From NCBI GenBank assembly GCA_963702425.1, contig CAVPCQ010000006.1, positions 160,001 through 224,000 of the forward strand: 64,000 nt of DNA, given 5' to 3'. Each line of letters starts with the position of its first letter. Position 1 is the first letter of the stretch. A program made the position numbers and the translations under genes. The notes under the pieces are model-generated. The model saw nothing but the letters and a program-made list of their open reading frames with translations. It was not told the origin of the DNA and searched no databases. Positions 51,892-62,069 of this stretch are shown here, in pieces. This DNA is from an uncultured Acidobacteriota bacterium. GTDB lineage: Bacteria > Acidobacteriota > Polarisedimenticolia > J045.

Positions 51892-52641
51892 ATGTCGCCC
51901 CGATCGCGCCGGTCAGGATGTCCCGCCGTGCCGAAGTCCAAGGGGGAGGGTTCGGATACTCTCGGCGCCATCGAGCGTGCGCTGGGGTATTCCTTCGTCG
52001 ATCGCGAGCTGCTGGAACGCGCGCTGACGCACCGCTCCGCGGCACACGAGGCCCGGTCCGTCGGCCACAACGAGCCGCTCGAGTTCCTGGGCGACGCGGT
52101 CCTCAGTTTTCTGGTCGCGGACCGAATCGTGCGGCGCCGCTCCGACCTCGACGAAGGGGCGATGACGCGGCTGCGGGCGTCGATGGTCAACACGCACCGG
52201 CTGGCGAAGGAGGCCGAGCGGCTCGACCTCGGTCTCGCGGTGCGCCTGGGCAAGGGCGAGGACCGCTCGGGCGGCCGCCGGAAGCTGTCGATCCTGGCCG
52301 ACACGACCGAGGCGGTGATCGGGGCGATCTACCTCGACGGCGGGATCCGACCCGTGCGCTCGCTGATCCTGCGGCTGTTCGGCAAGGAGATCGACAGCGC
52401 GGGCACGCGTCCGGCCGGCAACTGGGACCCCAAGACGCGGCTGCAGGAACTGGTGCAGTCGCGCGGCCTCGTCGTGCCGGAGTACCGGCTGGTCTCCGAG
52501 ACGGGACCCGATCACTCGCGCGAGTTCGTGATCGAGGTGCTGGTCGAAGGCGAGGTGATCGGCCGCGGAACCGGCTCCGCCAAGAAGCGCGCCGAACAGG
52601 ACGCCGCCTCCGAAGCGCTCCGCACCCTCAAGCAGGCCTGA
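51892..52641 (+). CDS. rnc: Ribonuclease III (start may be 51928)
   Basis: ALTHRS, LEFLGDAVL, EAVIGAIYLD and dsRBD (DPKTRLQE). Confidence 0.95.
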   Translation: MSPRSRRSGCPAVPKSKGEGSDTLGAIERALGYSFVDRELLERALTHRSAAHEARSVGHNEPLEFLGDAVLSFLVADRIVRRRSDLDEGAMTRLRASMVNTHRLAKEAERLDLGLAVRLGKGEDRSGGRRKLSILADTTEAVIGAIYLDGGIRPVRSLILRLFGKEIDSAGTRPAGNWDPKTRLQELVQSRGLVVPEYRLVSETGPDHSREFVIEVLVEGEVIGRGTGSAKKRAEQDAASEALRTLKQA

Positions 52642-52659
52642 CCCGGTCGTCCACCGCCC

Positions 52660-52783
52660 TGTGGGGGCCGGCCTCCGTGCCGGCCCGGAACGCGTGACGT
52701 CATGCACCTGTAGGGGCCGGCCTCCGTGCCGGCCCGAAACGCGCATCGGCGTCGGACGGGCCGGCACGGAGGCCGGCCCCTAC
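52660..52783. repeat. Second GTAG-type REP-like cluster (2 forward + 1 inverted)
   Basis: GT(A/G)GGGGCCGGCCTCCGTGCCGGCCCG twice and its reverse complement, between convergent genes. Confidence 0.85.
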
Positions 52784-54260
52784 GGCAGCCGTTGGAGGCA
52801 GCGCTGTGGACCGTCCGGCGCGCAGGGCTGAAACACCTGCAGGTCGCCAAAGGCGTCGTGCTTGTACTTCGTCGGGTCGGGCAGCGCTTCGCAGACGATC
52901 TCCGCCCCCTGGCTCGCCTGCCCTTTCGGGGCCTGCACGTAGCCGATCGAGCGCAGCGCCGCTTCGGTCTCGTCGATCAACTCCTGCGGGAGCATCGCGT
53001 GCGGGACCTTCGCGGCGGCGATCGCGTCGAGACGCCCGCGAAGAGTCGCCCGCATCGCGGCCAACGCCTGCGATTCCCGGGGCGCGACGTCGCTCGTTTC
53101 ACCGGGGTCGGAGGAGAGATCGAACAGCGTCTCGCCGCAGGTCCGGTGGTCGAGCTGGTACTTCCACTTCCCCTGGACCAGCCCGGTGTAGCAGCCCATG
53201 CGCAAGCGTCTGGGTCAGGGCCGTGGAGTCCTGCGACCGCGTCCGCGGGCGCGAGCGGCAGCGGCTTGACGAGCCCGAAGTCCTCGTACGGGAGCCCGGC
53301 CAGCTTGAGCAGCGTCGGCCCGATCTGCGCGATCTCCACCGCCCCGCCGATCTCCGCCGGCGCGAGGTGGCCGGGCCAGCGGATCATGATCGGCACGTGG
53401 GTCATGTCCTGGTCGACGCGGATCGTGTGGCCCAGCCAGCCGTGTCCCTGGAACGACTCGCCGTGGTCGCCGAGGATGACGACGATCGTGTCGTCGGCGC
53501 GGCCCAGCTCCTGCAGGTGCTCGAGGATCTCGCGCACGAACTTGTCGGTGTAGGCGATCTCGCCGCGGTACTGGCCGTGGAGGTAGAGCGCTCCGTCCGG
53601 CGGGAGCGGGTTCTCGATCCACTTCAGGCACTGGACGTCCTGGCGGGCCGGCTCGACGCCGATCCGGAACTGCTCGTCGTACGGCGCGGGCGGGATGTAG
53701 TTGTAGTGCGGGTCCCAGAAGTGGACCCAGACCAAGAAGCGGTCGTCCTTGTAGCGGTCGAGCAGGTGGAGCGTCTTGCCCGACAGCTTGGGCGAGGTGA
53801 CGACGTCGTGCCCGAGCGGCTCGAACTCGTAGTCGTCGAAGCCGCGCGCGAAGCCGTACTCGGGGCGCAGCGTCAGCGCCGGGGAGACCGCCCCGGTCCG
53901 CCAGCGGGCCTTCTGGAGCCGCTCGGCGAGCACGGGGACCGACGGCGCCAGCGCGCGATCGTGCTCCTCGACGCCGTGCGCGGGGGCCGGGAGCCCGGTC
54001 ATCACCGCCATCATCGAAGGGGTCGTCCACGGGGCGGCGGAGAGCGCGTTCGGGAAACGGACCGATTCGCGTTCGAAGGCGGCGAGAGTGGGCGCCACGG
54101 GGCGGCCGTTCTCGACGCGAGCGACCTCGTCGGCGCGCAGCGAGTCGATCGAGATGATCAGGATCGAGGGCTTCGGCTTCTTGCAGCCGGTACAGGCGAG
54201 GACGGCGACGGCCACCAGGGCCGCGACGGGGACGAGGGCGGCGCGCTTCGGGAAGGTCAC
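52780..54260 (-). pseudogene. Sulfatase/AlkP-superfamily lipoprotein with apparent frameshift near 53200-53240
   Basis: IDSLRAD, HFWDPH and DHGE in one frame; C-terminal WKY, LFDL..DPGE and LRSIGY in another frame. Confidence 0.7.
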
Positions 54261-56440
54261 GGCGTCCCCGCCTGTTTCCCTGCGACGCTGCGCTGCGTCG
54301 GGGGCTTCACGCGCGCCTCTCCGCGCCCCTCGAACGCCTGCGCCCGCCGGGCGAGCGCGCTCTCCGGGCCTGCCTTGGCGAAGACCTTGTCCGCCCGGAC
54401 CGTCTCCGTGACCTGCGGGCCGGCGATCGGCTCCGCCTTGTCGAGCGCCGCGATCGCAGCGGTCTCGTTGCCGGCTGCGGCCTCGACGCGGGCCAGCTCG
54501 ACCCAGGCCTGGGCCACTCCGGGCTGCGCTGCGAGGATCGCCTGCAGGCGCTTGCGGGCGTCGTCGTGCCGGCCACCCGCGCCCATCATCCGCGCCAATC
54601 CGAGCTGCAGCGCGAGGTTCTGCGGGTCCTTCGCGAGCGCCTCGTCGACGATCGTCGCGCCGTAGGCGAGCAGCCCGGCGCGCTCGAGGACCCGCGCCTG
54701 GTTCAGCGCGTCCTGCGCCGGGTCGCCCGTCGCGCCGACCGACTTCAGCAGCGCGGTGGCGGCCTCCCCTTCCTTCCCCTGTGCCAGCAGGATCTCCGCC
54801 GCGCGGGTGTAGGGGTAGCGGTAGGACGGGTCGAGCCGCGTGGCCTCGGCGTAGCGGGCGAGTGCGGCATCCTTCTCACCGAGGTCGACCAGCGTGTTGC
54901 CCAGCTTGGCGACGAGGCCGGCCGAGCGCTGGCGCGGCGACTCCAGCGCCTTCTCGTAGGCGACGCGCGCGCGGTAGGCGTTCTGGGTCTGCATGAAGAG
55001 GTCGCCCTGCCATTCGTACAGCTCGGGCGCGTCCTTCTCCTCGTTGATGAGGAGCTGGACCTGCTCGATCGCGGCCTCGGTGGCGCCGATCGTGGAGAGC
55101 TGCTCGGCCACGGCGACGCGCTCGCCCGGGGTGAGCCGGCCGGCCAGGAGTGGGTCGAGGAACGCGCGGGCTCCCGCGTCGTCCTCGGCCCCGGTCAGCG
55201 TGCGGGCGACGTCGATCCGGCGAGCGACCGACTCACCGGCGATCGCTTTCAGTTCCTCGAGGACCGGGGGGCGCTCCGTCGGCGGCAATAGCTGCACGAG
55301 GAGCGCGCGTGGAGCGATCGCGGCCGGTGCGAGACGCGCCGCCTCGCGCAATGCCGCGACGGCGTCTGGAAGCCGGTCCGCGGCGAGTGCCTGGTGGGCC
55401 TCCCCCATTCTGGCGAGGACCTCGGCCGGAGCGGCGTCGCCGGCGTTGGAAATCAGCGGGGGTGCCGGTTCGCCGGCAGCACGGCGCAATCCCGGCCAGC
55501 CATAGAGGCGCTGCGGGAGGTTGGTCACTGCGACCGCTTGCGACGCCCCCGTGCGCGGCGCCCTGCCGGCATCGATGCCGAGGATGTCGAGGACCGCGTC
55601 GTGCAGGCCCGCCAGCGAAGCCGGTGGGGTGACGCGCCCGGCTCCGCTGCCGAGCAGCGTCACGGTCTCGAGGGCGACGGGATCGGAGAGGGTCAGCCCG
55701 AAGCGCTGCTCCCCCTGCTCACCCAGCCCCATTCCGTACAGCGGTGCGACGACCATCGTCGTGCGCCCGGCGAGGCCGTAGGAGTCGAGCGCGTCGCGCA
55801 GCAGGCCGATCGCTTCGTTGACGTCCTTCAGCGCCGCGTCGTACGCGGCCCGGGGTTGGCCCGGATCGAAGCGCCCGGCCGGGTCGCCGAGGTGGATCCA
55901 GACGAAGAGCGGGTTCTGGTTCGGTCGCGAGCGCAGATAGGAGAGGAACTGCGAGGCGACCTGCTGGGCGGGGACGAATCCACCGCGCCAGGGCCGCATG
56001 CGGCCACTCTCGTCGGCGGCGATCGCGGTCAGCGTCGGGCTGGAGGGACTCTCGAAGACGTCGAAACCGCGCGAGAGACCGGAGAGGGTCGAGATCGAGC
56101 CCTCGCCCAGGTAGGCGCGGGTCTCGTAGCCCTCGCGCTTCAGGATCTCGGCCAGTGTCAAGGCACCGGGGGGGACGCGCGCCATATCCCCTTCCCCGGC
56201 CCAGGAAGGGGTGCCTGGCAGCGCGCCGGTCATCACCGCGGCCGCCGCTCCGGCGCTGTCGGGGACGGGGCTCAGCGACTGCCCGGCCTTCGGAGCGGCC
56301 CCGGCGCCGGCGACGATATCCGCGCCGCGGGCAGCCCCGACGGTGACGAGGAGGACCGACTCCCTGGGACGGCTGCAACCGACCGTGAGACCGGTGAAGA
56401 GGGCGAGGATGAAGAGGAGGGTCCGCGTGGCACGAGGCAT
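54257..56440 (-). CDS. Degenerate sulfatase-like domain + TPR repeat lipoprotein
   Basis: Lipobox TVGC; TLAEILK.GY.T and LFVWIHL; C-terminal TPR helices. Confidence 0.75.
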   Translation of the reverse strand: MPRATRTLLFILALFTGLTVGCSRPRESVLLVTVGAARGADIVAGAGAAPKAGQSLSPVPDSAGAAAAVMTGALPGTPSWAGEGDMARVPPGALTLAEILKREGYETRAYLGEGSISTLSGLSRGFDVFESPSSPTLTAIAADESGRMRPWRGGFVPAQQVASQFLSYLRSRPNQNPLFVWIHLGDPAGRFDPGQPRAAYDAALKDVNEAIGLLRDALDSYGLAGRTTMVVAPLYGMGLGEQGEQRFGLTLSDPVALETVTLLGSGAGRVTPPASLAGLHDAVLDILGIDAGRAPRTGASQAVAVTNLPQRLYGWPGLRRAAGEPAPPLISNAGDAAPAEVLARMGEAHQALAADRLPDAVAALREAARLAPAAIAPRALLVQLLPPTERPPVLEELKAIAGESVARRIDVARTLTGAEDDAGARAFLDPLLAGRLTPGERVAVAEQLSTIGATEAAIEQVQLLINEEKDAPELYEWQGDLFMQTQNAYRARVAYEKALESPRQRSAGLVAKLGNTLVDLGEKDAALARYAEATRLDPSYRYPYTRAAEILLAQGKEGEAATALLKSVGATGDPAQDALNQARVLERAGLLAYGATIVDEALAKDPQNLALQLGLARMMGAGGRHDDARKRLQAILAAQPGVAQAWVELARVEAAAGNETAAIAALDKAEPIAGPQVTETVRADKVFAKAGPESALARRAQAFEGRGEARVKPPTQRSVAGKQAGTP

Positions 56441-56477
56441 CTTGGGGGTGTCCGAGCTCCGTTTGGAGGCCGGTAGC

Positions 56478-59282
56478 TTAGCGTCCCTTGACCGGCGGCG
56501 CCCCCGCCCCTTCCGCCCCGGTGAGGTCCATCAGCCAGATGTCGGCCTCGTTCTCGACGACGGTGGTGAAGGCGTCCCCCGTCTTGCGATCGATCGACAG
56601 GGCGGCAGAGAACTTGCGCGGTGCGACGTTGGCCAGGACGCGGGTCTTGCCGGTCGCCGGGTCGAGGGCCTTCAACTCCGAGCCGTCCGTCACCCACAGT
56701 TCGCCGGATCCGGTCCAGGCACCGCCCTGGGCTTTGCTGGGCAGCTCCGTCTCGTGGCCCGTCCGGAGGTCGAGCAGGCTGGCGTAGCGATCGCGGCCCA
56801 CGAGCAGGAGCCTTCGACCGTCGGGGGACCACGCGTGCGGGACCGCGACTGGGTCTTTCAGGCTACTCGTTGCGAGCAAGATGCGCGGCGCACGGGGCGC
56901 CGGCGCGGAGGGGGCGATTTCGAGGATCCCCTGTCCTCTCACCCCGTACGCCAGCCGGCTCCCGTCCGGCGACCAGACGGGCGACAGGGCGCTCCCCTCC
57001 ACCGTCTCGGTCAGCCGCTCGGCCCCCGTGCCATCGGGACGCATCCGCCAGAGCTCGAAATTCCCGGTTCGGTCGGAGGCGAACGCGATCCACTGAGCGT
57101 CGGGCGACCAGCGCGGGGTGCGCTCCTCGTACGTGTCCTGGGTCAGGTTCCGGCGGTCGCTGTTGTCGGTGCGGACGAGGACCAGGTCGGAGGGGCCATC
57201 CTGGACCGAGAGCGCGAGCCAACTGCCATCGGGGGAGAGGTCGGGGGAGGATTCGACGCGAGTGTCGCCGGTTACGGCACGCGGACTGCTCAACTCACTC
57301 GACCCGGATGACACTCGGTACGCCCCCTCACCCCGTTTCCAGCTAACAAGTGCGAGGTGCTGTCCATCCTTCGAGATCGACGGATTCTGTTGCGCCTCCG
57401 CGAGGGAGCGAACCACCGGGAGTTGCTCCCTGCCGCAAGTACCGCTTCGCTCGTCGATCGCGATCGCGCGAATATCGCTCGCTCCGCTGAGTCGACTTGT
57501 CACGACAAGGCTCTTTCCTGAGCGCGACCACACGGGATCCTTCAGAAGGCCTTCGATCTCGGCGCAGAGCACAACGTCATCGCCGTTCGCGCTGGAGGTC
57601 CACAGTCCCATAACCCCTTCTTGCCGACCAACGAAGGCAATTCGCGTCCCTGCGGGTGACCATGCAGGCTGCACTGCGTCCGTCGCTACTAGGCGCGATG
57701 ATCCTCGAGAGGCGACATGGACGGTCCAGATCTCGCTATTGAAGTTCCGTGGCGAGCGCCCAACCCCGAATACTTGCTCTGTAGAGACTGCTACCGACTC
57801 TCCATCAGATGACCAGTTCGGGTGATACCCAAAGTCGAGGAGCTTCTGGACCTGCCGCGTTGCAAGATCGATCATGAAAATTCCGCCCCCTTCTCGCTCC
57901 GAGCGGAACGCGATCATCCGCCCGTCCGGAGAGAAGGCCGGTTGAGCGTCCGCAAATGTCGAATCTTCGGTGAGATTCTCTGGGCGCTGTTCTCCCGTCC
58001 GATCTAGGTAGATATCCCAGTCGCCGTCGATTTCGCTGGCGTACGCGATCCAGGTGCTGTCTGAGGACAAGGACGGCGAGACTTCGATACCCGGAGTTGC
58101 GGTAATCCGAGTTAGCGGTCGCAAACCGATCCTTTCGAACTCCACACTTGCTTGACTGCCAGACAGAATCCATGGAAAGAACAACGCAAGTGCCCCGACG
58201 AAGCCTGAGAGCGTCATAGCAATGAAAGACGCCGCAGCGATCCTTCTCCGCTTACGGGACGACGCACGTCGCTCCGCGCTAGTCCGTCGCCCCTCGAGAA
58301 AGTCTCCCAGATCGTCAGCGAAAGCTCGTGCACTCGTGTACCTATCTGCGGGAGACCTAGCTAAAGCACGATCACACACCGCAGCCAGGGCTGGCGGCAC
58401 CTCCGGTCGCACCTCCCGGAGACTCCGCGGAGATTCTGTAAGTAATCGCGAAAGGACCGCAGAAGGGAGATTGCCTTCGTACGGAGGTCGCCCGGCCAGC
58501 ATGGCGTATAGCACGGCTCCGAGGCTGTAGACATCGTGCTCAGGCCTCGGATCGTCTCCGCGGGCTTGCTCGGGCGACATGAACGCAGGTGTTCCCAAGA
58601 TGGTCGCGCTAAGCGTCAGCTTTGTGGCCGACTCGTCGTAAACGAGTCCGAAGTCGGAGAGCTTTGGAAGCTCATTTGCGTCCAGGAGGATGTTGGAAGG
58701 CTTCACGTCCCTATGGATGAACCCAGCATCGTGCGCCGCTTGCAACGCGTTGGCCACGGCGCCGATGATCATCACCGCCCGTTGAGACTCGATCGGCCCC
58801 TGCTCGAGCAGAGCCTCGATCGAGGGGCCATCCACCAGATCCATCGCGATAAACTGCCAACCGTCTCTCTCGCCACTCGCGTGTACGGTAACAATGTTCG
58901 GGTGCTTTAGTCGCGCCGCTGCGCGGGCCTCGCGGACAAACCGCTCGGATTGAATGTCGTGAAGTGCAGCAGCCGTCGAGAGCACCTTGAGGGCGACTCG
59001 GCGGCCAAGCGGTTGTTGGATCGCCTCGTAGACGATCCCCATGCCTCCGCGACCGATCTCCCGGACCACTTCGAATTCCCCGACTCGCTCTGGCATGGAA
59101 GACGTTCGGTCTGGTGTGACAGTGTGACTAGCCAGGACACCTTTCTTAGTTAGGAAGTCGGACAAGGACAGATGGGGGGCCTCTTGGGAGCGTTTCGCCT
59201 CGGCGGCGGCGATCTCCTGCGGCGAGAGGAGTCCCCGCTGCACAAGCAGTTCACCCAGGAGCTTGTCCTCGCGGGAGAGCAC
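56478..59282 (-). CDS. Ser/Thr protein kinase with TM and PD40/TolB-like beta-propeller
   Basis: GRGGMG, VALK, HRDVKPSN, DFG and GTPAFMSPEQ; repeated P.(W/F)SPDG. Confidence 0.92.
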   Translation of the reverse strand: MLSREDKLLGELLVQRGLLSPQEIAAAEAKRSQEAPHLSLSDFLTKKGVLASHTVTPDRTSSMPERVGEFEVVREIGRGGMGIVYEAIQQPLGRRVALKVLSTAAALHDIQSERFVREARAAARLKHPNIVTVHASGERDGWQFIAMDLVDGPSIEALLEQGPIESQRAVMIIGAVANALQAAHDAGFIHRDVKPSNILLDANELPKLSDFGLVYDESATKLTLSATILGTPAFMSPEQARGDDPRPEHDVYSLGAVLYAMLAGRPPYEGNLPSAVLSRLLTESPRSLREVRPEVPPALAAVCDRALARSPADRYTSARAFADDLGDFLEGRRTSAERRASSRKRRRIAAASFIAMTLSGFVGALALFFPWILSGSQASVEFERIGLRPLTRITATPGIEVSPSLSSDSTWIAYASEIDGDWDIYLDRTGEQRPENLTEDSTFADAQPAFSPDGRMIAFRSEREGGGIFMIDLATRQVQKLLDFGYHPNWSSDGESVAVSTEQVFGVGRSPRNFNSEIWTVHVASRGSSRLVATDAVQPAWSPAGTRIAFVGRQEGVMGLWTSSANGDDVVLCAEIEGLLKDPVWSRSGKSLVVTSRLSGASDIRAIAIDERSGTCGREQLPVVRSLAEAQQNPSISKDGQHLALVSWKRGEGAYRVSSGSSELSSPRAVTGDTRVESSPDLSPDGSWLALSVQDGPSDLVLVRTDNSDRRNLTQDTYEERTPRWSPDAQWIAFASDRTGNFELWRMRPDGTGAERLTETVEGSALSPVWSPDGSRLAYGVRGQGILEIAPSAPAPRAPRILLATSSLKDPVAVPHAWSPDGRRLLLVGRDRYASLLDLRTGHETELPSKAQGGAWTGSGELWVTDGSELKALDPATGKTRVLANVAPRKFSAALSIDRKTGDAFTTVVENEADIWLMDLTGAEGAGAPPVKGR

Positions 59283-59320
59283 CTGCTGAGGATACGGAGA
59301 TCGGGGTGAATGGTACAGAC

Positions 59321-59352
59321 AAAAGAAGGGGGCCGGTGTACCGGCCCCCTTC
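59321..59352 (-). terminator. Rho-independent terminator
   Basis: GAAGGGGGCCGG-TACA-CCGGCCCCCTTC hairpin followed by TTTT on the minus strand. Confidence 0.85.
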
Positions 59353-59373
59353 CCAGGAACTTGCAAGCTCTGG

Positions 59374-60633
59374 CTAGCGCTGCGGCTTGGCCGTGCGCTG
59401 CTTGATGATGGCACTACGGTCCGGACCCGGCAGCTGCGCCTTTGTCGGACCATACTCGACGGCGTTGTCGTCGATGTCGATCGTCTCGACCTTATACCAG
59501 AGCCCTGTGGCCTTCACAGCGCCGGCAGGCACCTGGACGGCATCAATGAAGCTGTAGGCCGAGGCCTCGCCCTTGGCGGCGATCAGCTCGGATACACGCG
59601 AGAACGGACCGTTCTGCGTAGTGGCGCGGCTAACGTAGAAGCCCCGGACACCATCCTCAAGAGAGGTCTTCCAGGAGACCTCGACGTTCGTCTTGCCCGC
59701 GTACTTCGCGGCGAGCTCGTAGACGCTGGCAGAAAGGCCGCCGCCAAGGAAGCACTGACCATTGGCGGACAGGAACCGCGTCGACACGGTGTTCCCGCCT
59801 GCGGCGGGGAACCGGACCTTGAGAGCGAATGTGAACGCCGCGCCAGACCCCGGAACCTCTCCAGCATCGATCGTGGCCGACGTCCCATTCACCAGGCGAA
59901 CGAATGCAAACTGGCCTGCGGTCGCCGCTGTGGCGCAATTCGCGGCGCGTGCACCCCAAACTTCGTAGCCGACCGGCGCGACACCAGCAGCCTCGCCGAC
60001 CGACGAGATGGCCCCCCAGGAAAGATTGAACGCCGTCTGGGTGCTTCCAGGAGCCGCCTTGGGCACCGGAATCGGGCTCAGGCCACCCAGACTCGGAATA
60101 CCAGGCCCGCCGGAGCTCGCGGGCACACCACTTGCCTCAGACCGGGCGTTGCTGGCAGTCGCGACGCCGAGGCAATCGGTCCCGTTGGAACCGGTGCAGG
60201 TCGCTTCATTCCACAAACTCGTCGAGTTGATCGTGACGGCGCCGCGAACCCATCCGTAGAAACCCTGGTGGTTGCCAGCGCCCGTGTTCCTCTCATAGTC
60301 AAACACAGAGTTGAAAACGGTTCCGTCACCAACGCCAAAGTTGAAGATGTCCTCGCTGTACCCACGGTAACCGCTCAGACCCTTGGCATTGAAGATGAGT
60401 TGGCAGGAGGGCTGTCCAGCGATGAGCTGATCACAGGGCTTGGTCGGGCACGCGCCCTCGCAACCCGGATTAATCGTCGTCTTGCTTTCGGTGTAGTAGC
60501 GCTGGAAAACTGCATTCCCGGTCGGGACCTGAAGCACCGAAGCCTCGAACGGGTATGCCTGCGCGTTCGCGACAGTCGGGGCCATGACCGCGACAGCCGC
60601 GAGAACGAGGCTAAGAATCACGAGCTTACGCAT
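59374..60633 (-). CDS. Secreted Cys-containing protein with C-terminal FN3/Ig-like domain(s)
   Basis: SD GGAGG, signal peptide (ANA-Q), W.T..E....GF.V.R and Y.F.D pattern. Confidence 0.75.
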   Translation of the reverse strand: MRKLVILSLVLAAVAVMAPTVANAQAYPFEASVLQVPTGNAVFQRYYTESKTTINPGCEGACPTKPCDQLIAGQPSCQLIFNAKGLSGYRGYSEDIFNFGVGDGTVFNSVFDYERNTGAGNHQGFYGWVRGAVTINSTSLWNEATCTGSNGTDCLGVATASNARSEASGVPASSGGPGIPSLGGLSPIPVPKAAPGSTQTAFNLSWGAISSVGEAAGVAPVGYEVWGARAANCATAATAGQFAFVRLVNGTSATIDAGEVPGSGAAFTFALKVRFPAAGGNTVSTRFLSANGQCFLGGGLSASVYELAAKYAGKTNVEVSWKTSLEDGVRGFYVSRATTQNGPFSRVSELIAAKGEASAYSFIDAVQVPAGAVKATGLWYKVETIDIDDNAVEYGPTKAQLPGPDRSAIIKQRTAKPQR

Positions 60634-60677
60634 CTTTCTACCTCCGTGGAGAATCCCTCGTTTTTTGTGGCTGCTAC

Positions 60678-61319
60678 TCAGTAGTGCGGCCAGACATAGC
60701 CGGACTTCGTCTGCGCCGGGAAGATCACCACGCCCATCCCGAGGTCCAGGTTGAAGTTGTTCACCGGCGCCGCGCCGCTGAACCAATTAAGAAGTGTGGA
60801 ATTGCCCTGGAACTTCGAAATGCGGTTGATCGAACCCGCTCCGAGTTTGGTGTTCAGGTCGTTATAGAGCTGGTTCGCCTTGGTGAAAGTCTGGTGGTAC
60901 GGCGCAGCGGCGTTGAACGCCTGATTCGCAGTGAAGCTAAAGGTGAAGTTCGGATCGTGAGAACCGACCACAACCGCGGCGGAAACTGGGCCAGACGCAG
61001 CTGCAAACACAACGTAAGACTCACCCTTTACAACATTGAAGTTGTTGGTCGGCGCGGCTCCCGAGAACCAGTTCAGGAGCGTCGAATTTGCCTGGAACTT
61101 CGAGAGCCGGTTCACGTCCGCATCCTGTCCATCGAGGTCATTGAACAGCTGATTCGCTTTCGTGAAGTTGTTGTTCCACGGCACAGACAGGTTGAACGCC
61201 TGGTTCGCCGTGACGTTCGGCACGAACTTGAAGCCCATGTTCGATGCCGTTGCGAAACCGCCGACAAGGAGGGCAACGCCGGCCAGCCCCGCGAGGATTC
61301 CCTTCAGGTACCGATTCAT
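60678..61319 (-). CDS. Secreted Asn/Phe-rich protein with two internal ~70-aa repeats
   Basis: SD GAGGAGG, signal peptide, duplicated ANQAFN..FTKANQL.NDL..SKFQ.NSTLLNWFSGAAP.NNFN. Confidence 0.8.
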   Translation of the reverse strand: MNRYLKGILAGLAGVALLVGGFATASNMGFKFVPNVTANQAFNLSVPWNNNFTKANQLFNDLDGQDADVNRLSKFQANSTLLNWFSGAAPTNNFNVVKGESYVVFAAASGPVSAAVVVGSHDPNFTFSFTANQAFNAAAPYHQTFTKANQLYNDLNTKLGAGSINRISKFQGNSTLLNWFSGAAPVNNFNLDLGMGVVIFPAQTKSGYVWPHY

Positions 61320-61538
61320 CCAAACCTCCTCACGCTATTGGACTTCACCTCGGAGCCCGTCGCTCCCACCCGGCCACCCGCCGCCCGGAACTCGGCAAGG
61401 CTGCCCGGCCGGGCAGATGGAGCGCGGGTCTCCGCGGCTACGTCCGGGTACAGGTACGGTGTGTCCTGCCCGCCGGCAACGGGTTTCCGGATGCTCCGTG
61501 CCGGCGGGAGGTTATCGTCATGTAAGTCTGCTGCTCCT

Positions 61539-62024
61539 TCAGTCGACCCGGTAGAAGACTACGGTCCCGGGCCGGATATCGTCCTGCCGGTCCACGAACT
61601 GGCGGCCTGCCGCCGCGTGGACCCGCGCGTCATGCCCATTGGTCGGGCTGCTCGATGAAACCACCTTCTGGATCGGCGTCCCGTCCTGGTAACGGATGAC
61701 CACCGTCCCGTCGGCCGAGCGGGCGACCTGGAGCGGCGTTCCATCCTGTTCGGCCATCATCGGGACGCGCAGGCCGACCAAGCCCGCCACGCTGGTCACG
61801 GCCAGGAGGACGGTCGCCGCAAGTCCGGCGGCCAGCGACATGGCGTGCCCCCGCCAGCCGGTGGCCGGGGCGGACGCGGCACGGATCCGGTTGCGGAGGC
61901 GGGCTACCTCGAACTCGTTGACGGCCGGGGCCGTGGCGCGGACCTTCCCCGCCATCGCCTGCCAGCCGGGTTCGCTCTCGAAGGTCATCGTCGGTTGCTC
62001 CGGGGGCTCGGGATCGCCCCTCAC
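61539..62024 (-). CDS. Putative anti-sigma factor-like single-pass membrane protein
   Basis: One TM segment; directly downstream of an ECF sigma. Confidence 0.55.
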   Translation of the reverse strand: MRGDPEPPEQPTMTFESEPGWQAMAGKVRATAPAVNEFEVARLRNRIRAASAPATGWRGHAMSLAAGLAATVLLAVTSVAGLVGLRVPMMAEQDGTPLQVARSADGTVVIRYQDGTPIQKVVSSSSPTNGHDARVHAAAGRQFVDRQDDIRPGTVVFYRVD

Positions 62025-62069
62025 CCGGTCATACCCGGGTCCGGGGCGGGGCGTTCATCCCCGGGACGA

